Source: Candidatus Aenigmatarchaeota archaeon
GTDB lineage: Archaea > Aenigmatarchaeota > Aenigmatarchaeia > QMZS01
Length of the DNA: 64,000 nt
Direction: 5' to 3'
NCBI GenBank assembly: GCA_016932615.1
Contig: JAFGCN010000009.1
Span: forward strand, 146,167-210,166
The translations under genes were made by a program, and so were the position numbers. This document shows positions 47,896-57,457 of this stretch, piece after piece. The notes under the pieces are model-generated. The model was not told the DNA's origin and did not search any database. It saw only the letters and a list, made by a program, of their open reading frames with translations. How positions within the stretch are numbered: position 1 is the first letter of the stretch; the number at the start of each line of letters is the position of its first letter.

Positions 47896-48876
47896 TTAGC
47901 TGCACTCAAGAGCAATCCTTAGCGACTCAAGGTTTTTTTCCATAATTGATAGGAAGGTTTCTCCATTAGCCAGCTCTTCCTTGCTGATGGTCTGGCCAGG
48001 GCTTAGCACAAGGGTACTTGCGCCCATTTCCTTTGCAAGAGTCTCCGACAGCCGTGGGTCGGTGTTCTTCTCGAAAAGGACATATTCAAGCCCATTTTCC
48101 TCTGCAAGCTTTGCAATTTCCTCGATTCTTTTGGGGCTTGGCTCACTGTCCGGAGATATGCCGTAAACAGAAAATATGGTGAAGTTATACCGTTTTGCAA
48201 GGTAGGAGTATGCGTTATGCCCCCCGGTTATGATTGCCTTTTTCCGGCAGTTCCCTAGCGTAGCGGAATAATTCTGGTCAAGTGAGAGCAGCTTTTTCTT
48301 GTACTCTGCGGCATTTTCAAGGTAATATTTTGACCTTTCCGGGTTTTTTTCTGACAACTTGGCGGCTATCTCATCCACAATCCGGGCGTCGTTTTCAAAG
48401 TCCAGCCATATGTGGGGATCATACTCTCCGTGCTCGTGGTCGCTGTGTTTTTCTCCCCCCTCTTCCACGGAAGGCTCTTCTTCATGCCCGCTGGCTTCTT
48501 CAGAGGATATCAGGACTGAAACTTTGCTTGCCTCTATGGCAGTCAGGTTTGGGTTTTCAAGGCCTCCAAGAATATCTTCTGCCCAGGGTTCCATGCCAGG
48601 CCCAATGTAGATAAACAGGTCCGAATTTTCTATTTTTGCAATGTCTCCCGGGCGGGGGTCGAAGTGGTGCACGTCGGTTCCAGGAGGAAGTATAAGAGTC
48701 ACCTCCAGGTCTTTCCCGCCAACCACTTTTGCAAACTCGTACAGGGGAAAAATGGTGGAGCTTGCCCTGATTTTTCCGCTTTCTTCTCCAGCGGTTTGGT
48801 AAACGCACCCCGAAAGCAGAATGGTAGCCAGCAATACTGCCAGTATATTCAGCTTTCCAAGGCGATTCATAAACAT
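47896..48876 (-). CDS. znuA: Periplasmic-type metal-binding protein of a Zn/Mn ABC transporter (ZnuA/TroA family) with a His/Glu-rich loop.
   Basis: Lipoprotein-like N-terminus (LLSGCVY). His-rich insertion SGHEEEPSVEEGGEKHSDHEHGEYDPH, which is typical of ZnuA. Cluster A-1 fold motifs. Confidence 0.7.
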   Translation of the reverse strand: MFMNRLGKLNILAVLLATILLSGCVYQTAGEESGKIRASSTIFPLYEFAKVVGGKDLEVTLILPPGTDVHHFDPRPGDIAKIENSDLFIYIGPGMEPWAEDILGGLENPNLTAIEASKVSVLISSEEASGHEEEPSVEEGGEKHSDHEHGEYDPHIWLDFENDARIVDEIAAKLSEKNPERSKYYLENAAEYKKKLLSLDQNYSATLGNCRKKAIITGGHNAYSYLAKRYNFTIFSVYGISPDSEPSPKRIEEIAKLAEENGLEYVLFEKNTDPRLSETLAKEMGASTLVLSPGQTISKEELANGETFLSIMEKNLESLRIALECS

Positions 48877-48918
48877 CCTTCAAAATAAGATATTAGTGAT
48901 TATCGGGCGAATATTTAC

Positions 48919-49644
48919 ATGCGTAAGCCCCTTTTGCTTGCCTTTTTGCTTATTGCTGCGGCTTTTCCGGCAATGGCGGAGGACTACTATGCGGACGTCC
49001 AGATTAAGGTCTGGCATGCTGGAGAGGTCGAAATATCGGGCACGACAAACCATCCGACCCTTGCTCCCGGAGTTTACCAGAACTTCACAAGCAAGTCCGG
49101 CAGCATGTGGGTTTTGAACATAACCCTCCCGGAGACTTTTTCCGAGTATGTTTATGATGTTGAGCTTCCGCAAAAATCTCAGGTAAATTACCTGTCGGTA
49201 CCCAAAAATATCCGGATGGAGACGCGTGACGGTGCGCTTCATCTTATCGGCTCGGGCATGGACCAGAAGTTTTTCGTGGTTGTGCAGTACAGCTATGATG
49301 GCACCCCTCCACCCCAACCTCCAAGCCCAGTAGTGCCTCTGGCTATTTTTGCGCTTGTAATTGCGGGAATCGTGGTGCACTACAGGTTCAAGATAAAGAA
49401 AATAAAATTGGTGCCTCCGAAAATCAGGAAGGGCTATAACCCTCTCGCGCTTACTGAGCGGCAAAAGGAAATTCTTGACTTTATCGAAAAGGCAGGAAAC
49501 GCCACGACACAGGCAAAGCTTCAGGCGGGGACAAATATTCCCAAGGCATCGCTTTCCCGAAATATAGATGCGCTCGTAAAGAAGGGAATTCTGAAGCGGG
49601 AACGGAAGGGGATGACAATGGTTGTTTATTTTAGTGAGGAATAA
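48919..49644 (+). CDS. Membrane-anchored transcription regulator: N-terminal signal plus extracytoplasmic domain, one TM, and a C-terminal MarR/TrmB-like winged helix.
   Basis: Signal MRKPLLLAFLLIAAAFPAMA. TM LAIFALVIAGIVVHYRF. C-terminal LTERQKEILDFIEKAGNATTQAKLQAGTNIPKASLSRNIDALVKKGILKRERKG. Divergent from znuA. Confidence 0.5.
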   Translation: MRKPLLLAFLLIAAAFPAMAEDYYADVQIKVWHAGEVEISGTTNHPTLAPGVYQNFTSKSGSMWVLNITLPETFSEYVYDVELPQKSQVNYLSVPKNIRMETRDGALHLIGSGMDQKFFVVVQYSYDGTPPPQPPSPVVPLAIFALVIAGIVVHYRFKIKKIKLVPPKIRKGYNPLALTERQKEILDFIEKAGNATTQAKLQAGTNIPKASLSRNIDALVKKGILKRERKGMTMVVYFSEE

Positions 49645-49818
49645 GCATTAACCTTTTCCGGCATATTTCGCACTATTCCGCATTTTTTCAGGGAACTTAT
49701 ATGGGCTGTTCCGCCGAAGTGGGCTTATGCCTGCCGCCCGATGCCGGAAGCGAAAAGAAATGGGCCATAGCAAATAGCGCATATCAGGCAAGTGGGCGGA
49801 AAGGCATGTAAGAAAAAT

Positions 49819-50415
49819 ATGAAAGGAATAAGTATGTTGGGCGCAGTAGCCCTGTTGGTGGTAGGTTCAGTGCTGGTAATGGGCGTGTCGATGGCTGACG
49901 GAACTGAAAACTCTGTCGGAAACACCTGGAGAGCAGAGGCAGTGCAGGCAGTAGAAGACAATAACTTTGACGCCTGGAAAGCCGCTATGCTTGGCGGCCT
50001 GACTGTTGAGAGATTCAACGGTATTGTGCAGAGGTTCCAGGGTAGGTCTGAGATGAAGGCACAGATGCAGGAAAGGGAAACCGCTGTTCGTGAAGCCCTT
50101 GAGCAAGAAGACTACGAGGCCTGGAAGGCGGCAGTTGATTCCTTTGGAAAAGGAAGAAACGTCTCTGAAATGGTGTCCGAGGAAGAGTTTGCAACAATAG
50201 TCGAGATATACAAGGCAAGGGAAGCGGGAGACTACACGACTGCAAGAACCCTCATGGAGGAAAGCGGCCTTGGCCTGCTCCCCGGAATCGGCTCTGTTAT
50301 GGGCATGAGCAGAGAGATGGGAGCTAAGGGCCAGGGAATCGGAATGGGCGGCAAGGGCGAGCGCGAAATGAAGCGAGACCGTGACTGCACTGGCCTTGGA
50401 AGGGACTTTGAGTAA
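49819..50415 (+). CDS. Secreted or membrane-anchored protein, hypothetical.
   Basis: MKGISMLGAVALLVVGSVLVMGVSMA signal. The ORF-track start at 49792 is GTG, and the ATG at 49819 is preferred. Confidence 0.4.
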   Translation: MKGISMLGAVALLVVGSVLVMGVSMADGTENSVGNTWRAEAVQAVEDNNFDAWKAAMLGGLTVERFNGIVQRFQGRSEMKAQMQERETAVREALEQEDYEAWKAAVDSFGKGRNVSEMVSEEEFATIVEIYKAREAGDYTTARTLMEESGLGLLPGIGSVMGMSREMGAKGQGIGMGGKGEREMKRDRDCTGLGRDFE

Positions 50416-50514
50416 GAAGCAGCTTTTCTCTAGACCGAAGCGATTTTGTTTTCTTTTTTGTTTTTATTGCAGACCTTATCTGGAGCTGATTTGTATATTT
50501 GCAATAATTAGAGG

Positions 50515-51342
50515 TTAACTAGTTATTACTTTGAGAGCCCATTTCGCTAATGCAAATAGAATCAATAAAACTGTGAGAATCGCGGTGATTGTTATGGCAA
50601 TAAGATACACGATGGGTGTTGCGAAGGGATTATTTCCTAATTGTATTCCCCAAAAATTATTCGCAAAGTAATTGACGTATCTGCACAAGTGAGGGGATTG
50701 TGCTGATACAATTAGACCTAGAGAAGCAAAGAAGATTATTGCAGAAATAAAAGCAGAAAGAAACAATAGGATGAATGTGTGCTTGGTGATAATTTCTTCC
50801 AGGCTGCAATTATAGCGAAGATAGAGGATGATACATGCAAGGATAAGGCCCATTATGAAGGTTGGTATGGAATAAAAGATGGACAGTACCACCAATTGTG
50901 GGAAATCTAACTCAAAAAATACCTTTTTGCACATAGGCGAAACGAAGTGAGATGCATTTTGGGGGTTAATTAAATCCTCATAGATATCTGAGGCGTAAGG
51001 GGTATTTAAATGATAAATTGCAGTAAAACTTTCTGGGGTTTCATTGAAGCTACATTGAGAATAGGTTTTGTTATGTCCAAGGTACACTAAACTGAAGCAC
51101 TCATAGCCATCATACTGGGTGAAGTAGATATAACCTGAACCAATACAGGTTAGGGAAAGTATGATGAATAGGTACGCAATTATACGTTCCCCGGATATGT
51201 TTGACCAGTGATTATTGGCAGAATTTTTATCTGAGGCCCTCTTGTGGCTTACCGTAAGTTCATCAGAAATACCGGTCAGAGATAAATTCAGACGATTTGG
51301 CGAGGGCTTTTTTATTCCAACATGTTTAGTTTCCTTAACCAT
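50515..51342 (-). CDS. Integral membrane protein, hypothetical.
   Basis: Multiple hydrophobic helices and an aromatic-rich sequence. Confidence 0.4.
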   Translation of the reverse strand: MVKETKHVGIKKPSPNRLNLSLTGISDELTVSHKRASDKNSANNHWSNISGERIIAYLFIILSLTCIGSGYIYFTQYDGYECFSLVYLGHNKTYSQCSFNETPESFTAIYHLNTPYASDIYEDLINPQNASHFVSPMCKKVFFELDFPQLVVLSIFYSIPTFIMGLILACIILYLRYNCSLEEIITKHTFILLFLSAFISAIIFFASLGLIVSAQSPHLCRYVNYFANNFWGIQLGNNPFATPIVYLIAITITAILTVLLILFALAKWALKVITS

Positions 51343-51468
51343 AATTAACTTCTGCTATGAGATATACTTTCCAAAATCTGTAGGGCTCTAGGGATACAGG
51401 AAAATCGTTTCTGTAGTGTAAACTGCCCAAAATACCCGTTCCACCTTGTTCCGCCTAACCTATTTATA

Positions 51469-52242
51469 TTGTTCCGGCCCATTTTTGGAATGGAAAAGAC
51501 GGAAAAAGGGACGAGAAAATGCTTCTCCGGCGACAAAATCATTTCGCTTAAGAATGTCTGGAAGGTTTATAAGATGGGTGAAGTCCTCGTGCCTGCATTA
51601 AAGGACGTTACCGTGGATATACATGAAGGCGACTTTGTCGCAATAGTCGGCGCTTCTGGTTCCGGGAAATCGACTATGATGAATATGGTCGGCTGCCTTG
51701 ACACGCCAACAAAGGGGGAAGTTTATTTAAAGTCAAAGAACATAAGCAAGATGCCTGAGTCTGAGCTTGCCTCGCTTCGGGGACGGGCAATTGGGTTTAT
51801 ATTTCAGCAATATAACTTAATGCCCCACATGACCGCTTACGAAAATGTAATTCTCCCACTTGAGTTTCACGGTTATGATGATGAAACTGCCCACAAAAGG
51901 GTTGTTGGGGTCTTGAACCTGGTCGGGCTTGCAGGCAAGATGTATAATCGCCCTTCGCAGATGTCGGGCGGAGAGCAGCAGAGAGTGTCGATTGCTCGCT
52001 GCCTTGTAACAGACCCTGATATAATACTTGCAGATGAGCCGACAGGAGCTCTTGACAGTGTGAGGGGAAAAGAAGTCCTTACCCTTTTGCAGAAGCTTTG
52101 GAAAGAAAAAGGAAAGACGGTTATTATGGTTACGCATGACTTGAATCTTGCGCGCATGGCTTGTTCGGTTATAGAGCTGAAAGACGGTGAGATAGTTTCG
52201 TCAGGGCCGCTCAAGGAGGCCTTGCGGAGGACTGCAGCATGA
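51469..52242 (+). CDS. ABC transporter ATP-binding protein of the MacB/LolD type.
   Basis: Walker A GASGSGKSTMMN, signature MSGGEQQRVSIAR, Walker B ILADEPTGALD. The true start may lie slightly downstream (ATG at 51490). Confidence 0.75.
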   Translation: MFRPIFGMEKTEKGTRKCFSGDKIISLKNVWKVYKMGEVLVPALKDVTVDIHEGDFVAIVGASGSGKSTMMNMVGCLDTPTKGEVYLKSKNISKMPESELASLRGRAIGFIFQQYNLMPHMTAYENVILPLEFHGYDDETAHKRVVGVLNLVGLAGKMYNRPSQMSGGEQQRVSIARCLVTDPDIILADEPTGALDSVRGKEVLTLLQKLWKEKGKTVIMVTHDLNLARMACSVIELKDGEIVSSGPLKEALRRTAA

Positions 52243-53669
52243 AAACTCATCCTATTTTGTTTGGCTTAATAATTGTCTTTTTGCAGTTTTGCGCGGTTTT
52301 TGCAGCCCCGACTTCGGGGGCAAGCATTGTAGATTATAATGAGAGAAGCATAATTTCAGTTAGTCTAGTCAACCAGGACCCGGACCCTGCAATATCGGGA
52401 GACATAATTGAAGTGCGTATAGGCATTGAAAATAAGGGCGGGGAAGCAGTAAATGACCTTATGGTGGAGGTAGTTCCAACTTATCCGTTTGAGCTTGTTT
52501 CAGGCGAAACCGGCCTGCTGAACGCAGGGACGATCAATGGCTACCAGCAGAATTCCGAGATGAAAATTCTCAAATACCGCCTGAGGGTTAACCGGGAGGC
52601 ATCAGCCGGCTCTTATGAGCTTAAAGTAAGGTTCTATGAAGAGGGCTCTGGGCAAGTTTCGGAAAGGACCTTTTCGATTGACATTCAGAGCAGAGAAAGC
52701 GCAGAAGTAATCTATATAGATAAGACCGTCCTTATCCCGGGAAAGATGAGCACCATGACGTTTACGATAAACAATGTGGGGAGTTCGCCGCTTCGCGACC
52801 TGAACTTCAAGTGGTCGAACCCTGATAAAATAATACTTCCTGTTGGAAGCGATAATGCAAAGTATGTCCGGTACATTGATGTAGGCGAAAGCGCAGAGCT
52901 TGAGTATCAGGTCATAGCCGACACGAATGCAGATGTCGGGCTTTACGAGCTTGACTTGTGCCTTTCATATACCGACCCGCTCACAGGCAGTGAAAAGACC
53001 ATCTCGACACTTGCGGGAGTGTATGTTGGTGGGGAAACCGATTTTGATGTGGCTTTTTCTGAAAGCTCAAGCGGAACAACTTCATTTAGTATTGCAAACA
53101 TAGGAAATAATCCTGCATATTCGGTTTCTGTCATAGTCCCAAGCCAAAGGTCCTGGAGTGTTCAGGGCCCAAACTCGGTAATAATAGGAAACCTCAACAA
53201 GGGGGATTATACCGTTGCAAGCTTTACGCTCCAGCAGAGCGGCTCAACAATGCAGATGCCTAATGGAACAAGGGGGGTTGGAATGGCGAACGCAACGACT
53301 GACGGAATCGCTGCACAGGATAGGGACCGCAACATGACGGCTTTCCAGAACCGGACAATGCAGGCACAGTCCAGCACGATTCTCCTTCAGGTTGCCTACA
53401 CAGATACTCTGGGAGAGAGGAGGATTCTTGACAAAGAGGTCCAGATGGCTTCACAAAGTAGCGGCAACACGACCTTTGCAATGGCCCGCACAGCAGGCAG
53501 GAATGGCACATACCCACAATCGCAAGGGGGTCTTGGAAACTATGTCTGGCTGATATCTGGCTTTATCGTTCTGGCAGGGGGCTTTTTTCTTTACAGGAGG
53601 CACAAGAAGAAAAAACAGGCGTCCATTGAGTTTAAGGAGGGTAATTTTCTTTCCAAAAAGAAGAAATAG
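52239..53669 (+). CDS. Surface protein with a signal peptide and a C-terminal TM/basic anchor. It is the middle gene of the ABC triad.
   Basis: Signal MKTHPILFGLIIVFLQFCAVFA. C-terminal YVWLISGFIVLAGGFFLYRRHKKKKQ. Start overlaps the upstream stop by ATGA. Confidence 0.5.
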   Translation: MKTHPILFGLIIVFLQFCAVFAAPTSGASIVDYNERSIISVSLVNQDPDPAISGDIIEVRIGIENKGGEAVNDLMVEVVPTYPFELVSGETGLLNAGTINGYQQNSEMKILKYRLRVNREASAGSYELKVRFYEEGSGQVSERTFSIDIQSRESAEVIYIDKTVLIPGKMSTMTFTINNVGSSPLRDLNFKWSNPDKIILPVGSDNAKYVRYIDVGESAELEYQVIADTNADVGLYELDLCLSYTDPLTGSEKTISTLAGVYVGGETDFDVAFSESSSGTTSFSIANIGNNPAYSVSVIVPSQRSWSVQGPNSVIIGNLNKGDYTVASFTLQQSGSTMQMPNGTRGVGMANATTDGIAAQDRDRNMTAFQNRTMQAQSSTILLQVAYTDTLGERRILDKEVQMASQSSGNTTFAMARTAGRNGTYPQSQGGLGNYVWLISGFIVLAGGFFLYRRHKKKKQASIEFKEGNFLSKKKK

Positions 53670-53684
53670 CCCTTTCAAAATAAG

Positions 53685-54932
53685 ATGAAATTCAGGAAGT
53701 GTTTCAAGCACGCTTTTAATATGGTAGTGCACAGCAAGCTTAGAAGCTGGCTAACCATAATAGGAATTGTAATTGGCGTTGGGTCTGTTGTCGCGATTCT
53801 TGCATTAAGCGAAGGAATGCAGGAGTCGATGAATGACCGGCTCGGGGCGCTTGGAGGCGACATACTTACGCTTTCTGCCGGCTACTCGAGAGGAAGCAGC
53901 ATGATGGGCGGCAGGGAAGGGCCTGATGGCAGCTTTGGCGGAAGCGGAGGCGCAACGGCAACTGACGATGAGCCGGTAATCGACCGCTCGGACGTTCAGG
54001 CGCTTAAGTCAATACCGGACATCGCAATAATCAGCCCAACTATCAGGGGAAATGTCAAGGTATCCTATTTAGGAAAATCCGGGTCTGTTTCCCTTACGGG
54101 CGTTGACCAGGCAGTCTGGTCGAAGATAACCACCGCTGAGATAAGGGATGGCAGAATGCTTGACTCGGCAGACCAAAACGTCATCGTAATCGGCTCCCGG
54201 CTTGCGGACTCTTACTTCAGCCAGCCGCTTGGGATAAGCAAGTCCATAACTATCGAGGGAAGCTCTTTTAGGATTGTCGGGATTCTTGATGACGAGAGTA
54301 ACAGCATCTATATGCCAATGCAGATGGCATACCAGGTTCTTGAGGACAAGGATTACGGAGTTTACGATTCGGTTACTATTAAGATAAAGGACGAGGAAAC
54401 CTTGAACGAAACAATGGAGAAAATCACCAGCAAGCTTATGCTGGTCCGGCATGTTAATGAACGGACCAAGGACTTCACGCTTTCTTCAAGCAAGCAGATG
54501 CAGGCAACTCGCGCTGAGATGATGAGTTCCATGACAATTTTCCTGACAGCCATTGCGGCAGTTTCACTGATTGTCGGCGCGGTAGGGATAGCAAATACGA
54601 TGTTTACCTCAGTTCTCGAAAAGACAAAGGAGATTGGGATAATGAAGGCCATAGGGGCAAGAAACTCGGACATAATGATGATTTTCGTGCTGGACTCTGC
54701 AATTATCGGCTTTGTCGGCGGGGCGCTTGGCCTGCTTCTTGGAATGGCGGCTTCGATGGCCTTTCCGACACTGATGGGCGAGACAATGATGTTTCGCTCA
54801 GGCGGCGTGGTTTCCATGAGGATAATTATTCTTGCCTTGGGGGTTTCTGTTCTTATTGGTGTTTTGTCAGGGCTTATTCCAGCTTACCAGGCGTCCAAAT
54901 TAAAGCCGGTGGATGCACTGAGGTATGAGTAG
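53685..54932 (+). CDS. ABC transporter permease of the FtsX/MacB family.
   Basis: N-terminal TM, a large periplasmic domain, and a C-terminal FtsX-like four-helix bundle with the conserved GIANTM..EKTKEIGIMKAIGA motif. Confidence 0.7.
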   Translation: MKFRKCFKHAFNMVVHSKLRSWLTIIGIVIGVGSVVAILALSEGMQESMNDRLGALGGDILTLSAGYSRGSSMMGGREGPDGSFGGSGGATATDDEPVIDRSDVQALKSIPDIAIISPTIRGNVKVSYLGKSGSVSLTGVDQAVWSKITTAEIRDGRMLDSADQNVIVIGSRLADSYFSQPLGISKSITIEGSSFRIVGILDDESNSIYMPMQMAYQVLEDKDYGVYDSVTIKIKDEETLNETMEKITSKLMLVRHVNERTKDFTLSSSKQMQATRAEMMSSMTIFLTAIAAVSLIVGAVGIANTMFTSVLEKTKEIGIMKAIGARNSDIMMIFVLDSAIIGFVGGALGLLLGMAASMAFPTLMGETMMFRSGGVVSMRIIILALGVSVLIGVLSGLIPAYQASKLKPVDALRYE

Positions 54933-55080
54933 CAGGGCAGGAAAATTTTTGGGCTGTTTTTCCGAATTGTTCCGGACCTTTCCGTGATATTTCAAAGAAC
55001 CTATATATGCCGTTCCAGACAAGTAATTTTGTGCCTGGGTCCAAGAAAGATTTTTTGGGCAAAGGCGCAGGAAAAGAAAA

Positions 55081-56280
55081 ATGATGCGAAGTGATAGTAT
55101 GGGTACAGTGCTGTTGCTGCTGACGGGCTTATGCCTTATGCAGCTTGCAATAGCAGACGAAACACTAAACCAGACGTTGGAAAACGAAACAGATGCCAAC
55201 CTCACTAATGAGGCCGGCAACGAAACAAACGAGACCGTTGACAACACGACGGTCATCACGAACGAGACTAATGAAACCAACGAGACCGCAGGCGAGTTGA
55301 CGAACGAGACAAATGAAAATTCAGGCGACCTCACAAATGAAACCGAAAACCAGACCGGCGAAATGACAGACCTGAACCAGACAGATCAAAACGATACTGC
55401 TTCTAACTTGACCGAAGCTGACATTAATGAGGCAAAGTCAATATCCTGCCCATATGGTGCGGAGGTAAGGTTCCTTGAGCTTGAAAAAAGAATTGAAAGA
55501 AACCTTCTTGTCGGCTCTGTAGTAGTAGCGGCGATAACTGAAAATGACCCCGATGCGGACGTAAGCGAACTGGTTGCAATCCTGGGCGAGATGGAAGACC
55601 TTCTTGAGGTTGTAAGAAATACCGACCGCGATGGAAACAAGCTGGAGCTTGCAAAGACCTTTGTCGACCTGAAAAAGGATGCCATAATTCTTACTATGGA
55701 GTTCAGGAAGCTTGCGCATGAGTTTATGACTCCGAAAAACCGGGAGCGCGTGATGGTTCAGGCAAGAATCGCAAATGCCACGAACTTCACTGAGATTGAC
55801 CAGCGGCTTAACCAGGCAAGGAAAAACTTTAATGCACACAAGACCGAAGAATTCCTTGGAGTGATGAATTCGAAAGACCAGGAGTTAATAAAGAGAATAA
55901 GAGAGGGATCAGTGAATATGTCCGAGATAAGAAACCAGATTATGGAGCGCTTCCAAAACCTTACCAGTGAGGAGCAGCAGGGCTTTGTTGGCAGGGCAAG
56001 GGAGATGTCTATAAAAAACAATATCGCAAAGAAGAACCTTGCTCTTGAGATGAAGCAGGACCGCCTTGAGCAACGGCTTGAGAGGACAGAGCAGTTGCAG
56101 GAGCGGGTTCGCGAAAAGATGCGGGAGTTTAATGCAACAGGCGTTAACCACACGGCACTGATGGAGCAGCTTCAGGAAAGGGTCAGGCAGAGTGACAACC
56201 TTGGGCATGGCATGGGAAAGCAGCAGCAAGTGATGGGCGAGATGGGCGATATGCGCGGAAACGGGGTACCTGGAAGATGA
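55081..56280 (+). CDS. Secreted protein with an N-E-T sequon tandem repeat region followed by a long coiled-coil region.
   Basis: Signal peptide, NETNETNETAGELTNETNENSGDLTNETENQTGEMTDLNQTDQNDT, then the coiled-coil segment. Confidence 0.45.
   Translation: MMRSDSMGTVLLLLTGLCLMQLAIADETLNQTLENETDANLTNEAGNETNETVDNTTVITNETNETNETAGELTNETNENSGDLTNETENQTGEMTDLNQTDQNDTASNLTEADINEAKSISCPYGAEVRFLELEKRIERNLLVGSVVVAAITENDPDADVSELVAILGEMEDLLEVVRNTDRDGNKLELAKTFVDLKKDAIILTMEFRKLAHEFMTPKNRERVMVQARIANATNFTEIDQRLNQARKNFNAHKTEEFLGVMNSKDQELIKRIREGSVNMSEIRNQIMERFQNLTSEEQQGFVGRAREMSIKNNIAKKNLALEMKQDRLEQRLERTEQLQERVREKMREFNATGVNHTALMEQLQERVRQSDNLGHGMGKQQQVMGEMGDMRGNGVPGR
55236..55370 (+). repeat. Imperfect tandem codon repeat (AAC/AAT-GAG/GAA-ACN) that encodes the N-E-T sequon repeats.
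   Basis: The run acgaacgagactaatgaaaccaacgagaccgcaggcgagttgacgaacgagacaaatgaaaat... is visible directly in the sequence. Confidence 0.4.
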
Positions 56281-56507
56281 AAACAAAGCTTTTTTTGGCC
56301 CTGTTTTTGCTGGTTGCTACTGTTGCCTTTTCCGGCTGCATAGGAAGCGACACGCAGGACAATTCTGAGGTTCCTATGGAGAACAACTCCCAGCAGGTAA
56401 CTATCCAGGAAGAGCCGGCCGTAGAGCAGAATGCCGAGGTCATAGAGCAGGTGGATGCAGAATTGATGGATGACATCGATGACGTGGAAATCGGCGAAAT
56501 GGTTTAG
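56277..56507 (+). CDS. Small acidic secreted or lipoprotein-like protein.
   Basis: Signal with a lipobox-like FSGC. Acidic C-terminus (DDIDDVEIGEMV). Start overlaps the upstream stop. Confidence 0.35.
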   Translation: MKTKLFLALFLLVATVAFSGCIGSDTQDNSEVPMENNSQQVTIQEEPAVEQNAEVIEQVDAELMDDIDDVEIGEMV

Positions 56508-56514
56508 TTTCGTT

Positions 56515-57108
56515 TTAATTTAATTTCAATTTTGTTATTTTTTCTTTTGCCAGCTTTAGCTTTCCGAATTTTTTTTCGATAAAGCCCTTTAGGTCTTCAA
56601 CCCGGGAACTGGTGATTACCTCGATGCACAGGAGAGGGTTTTTGGGGTTTGGGTCAAACGTTTCTTTTTGGTTTACTGACTCAACAGTCCTCAGGAATAT
56701 CTCTGAAGCATTCATGGTCTTGAGGAGCTTTTTGGTCGTGTTTATGACGAATTCAATGTCGTAAGGTGGAATCAATCTCAGGTCAAGGTAATTCCCTTTC
56801 AGTTTTCCTGAGGTTATGCTCTTCAGGAATGCGTGCTCGGTTTCGACGGTTATGTCGACTTTCACGTCTTTTGAGCCGGCATATTTCTGCAGGAGATCAC
56901 TTGCGTCCTTTGAGGAGTATTTTTCGTCAATTGAGCCGGTGATTAGCACTCCGGGGGTTTTTAAGGTTTTTCCAAACCGTGTAAGTTCGCTGAAGTACCC
57001 GAAGCGGCAGTTTTTGAATTCCTTCGGCTTTGGGGAAAATGCCTTCTTTATCTCTTCGGGCTTTTTGTCCGGAAACCAGGCAAGCCCCCTGATAAGCTGC
57101 TGAACCAT
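56515..57108 (-). CDS. Hypothetical cytoplasmic protein.
   Basis: 197-aa ORF with an ATG start. No motif could be assigned with confidence. Confidence 0.4.
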   Translation of the reverse strand: MVQQLIRGLAWFPDKKPEEIKKAFSPKPKEFKNCRFGYFSELTRFGKTLKTPGVLITGSIDEKYSSKDASDLLQKYAGSKDVKVDITVETEHAFLKSITSGKLKGNYLDLRLIPPYDIEFVINTTKKLLKTMNASEIFLRTVESVNQKETFDPNPKNPLLCIEVITSSRVEDLKGFIEKKFGKLKLAKEKITKLKLN

Positions 57109-57140
57109 AATAAACCCCCTCCATATATATAGCGTTTGGC

Positions 57141-57407
57141 TTGTTTTGGGTATTATCTAATATATCTCACTATATTATGCCTTTGGACTGTAAGGACGGC
57201 TATGTTGGCATAGCAAAGGTAATTGGCGCAGTAGTGGTTTGCATGGTTATTTTGACCCTGCTTTTCGCTTCTGAAAACCTTGTCGTCGTCGAGAGAATCA
57301 GCGGCTACCTGGTGGTTCTTGGCATAGTTCTGGGTGTTTTCCAGTACTTTGCCCAGAAAGAAGCTTCAGAAAAGCCACAATTGCCGGGAGTTAAGAAAAG
57401 AAGATAA
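57141..57407 (+). CDS. Small membrane protein.
   Basis: Two hydrophobic helices in an 88-aa ORF. Confidence 0.3.
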   Translation: MFWVLSNISHYIMPLDCKDGYVGIAKVIGAVVVCMVILTLLFASENLVVVERISGYLVVLGIVLGVFQYFAQKEASEKPQLPGVKKRR

Positions 57408-57457
57408 TTTTTGCTTTTTTCGTATTTTGGCTTTTTGCTGTAGGTGTGGCGGGTTTC

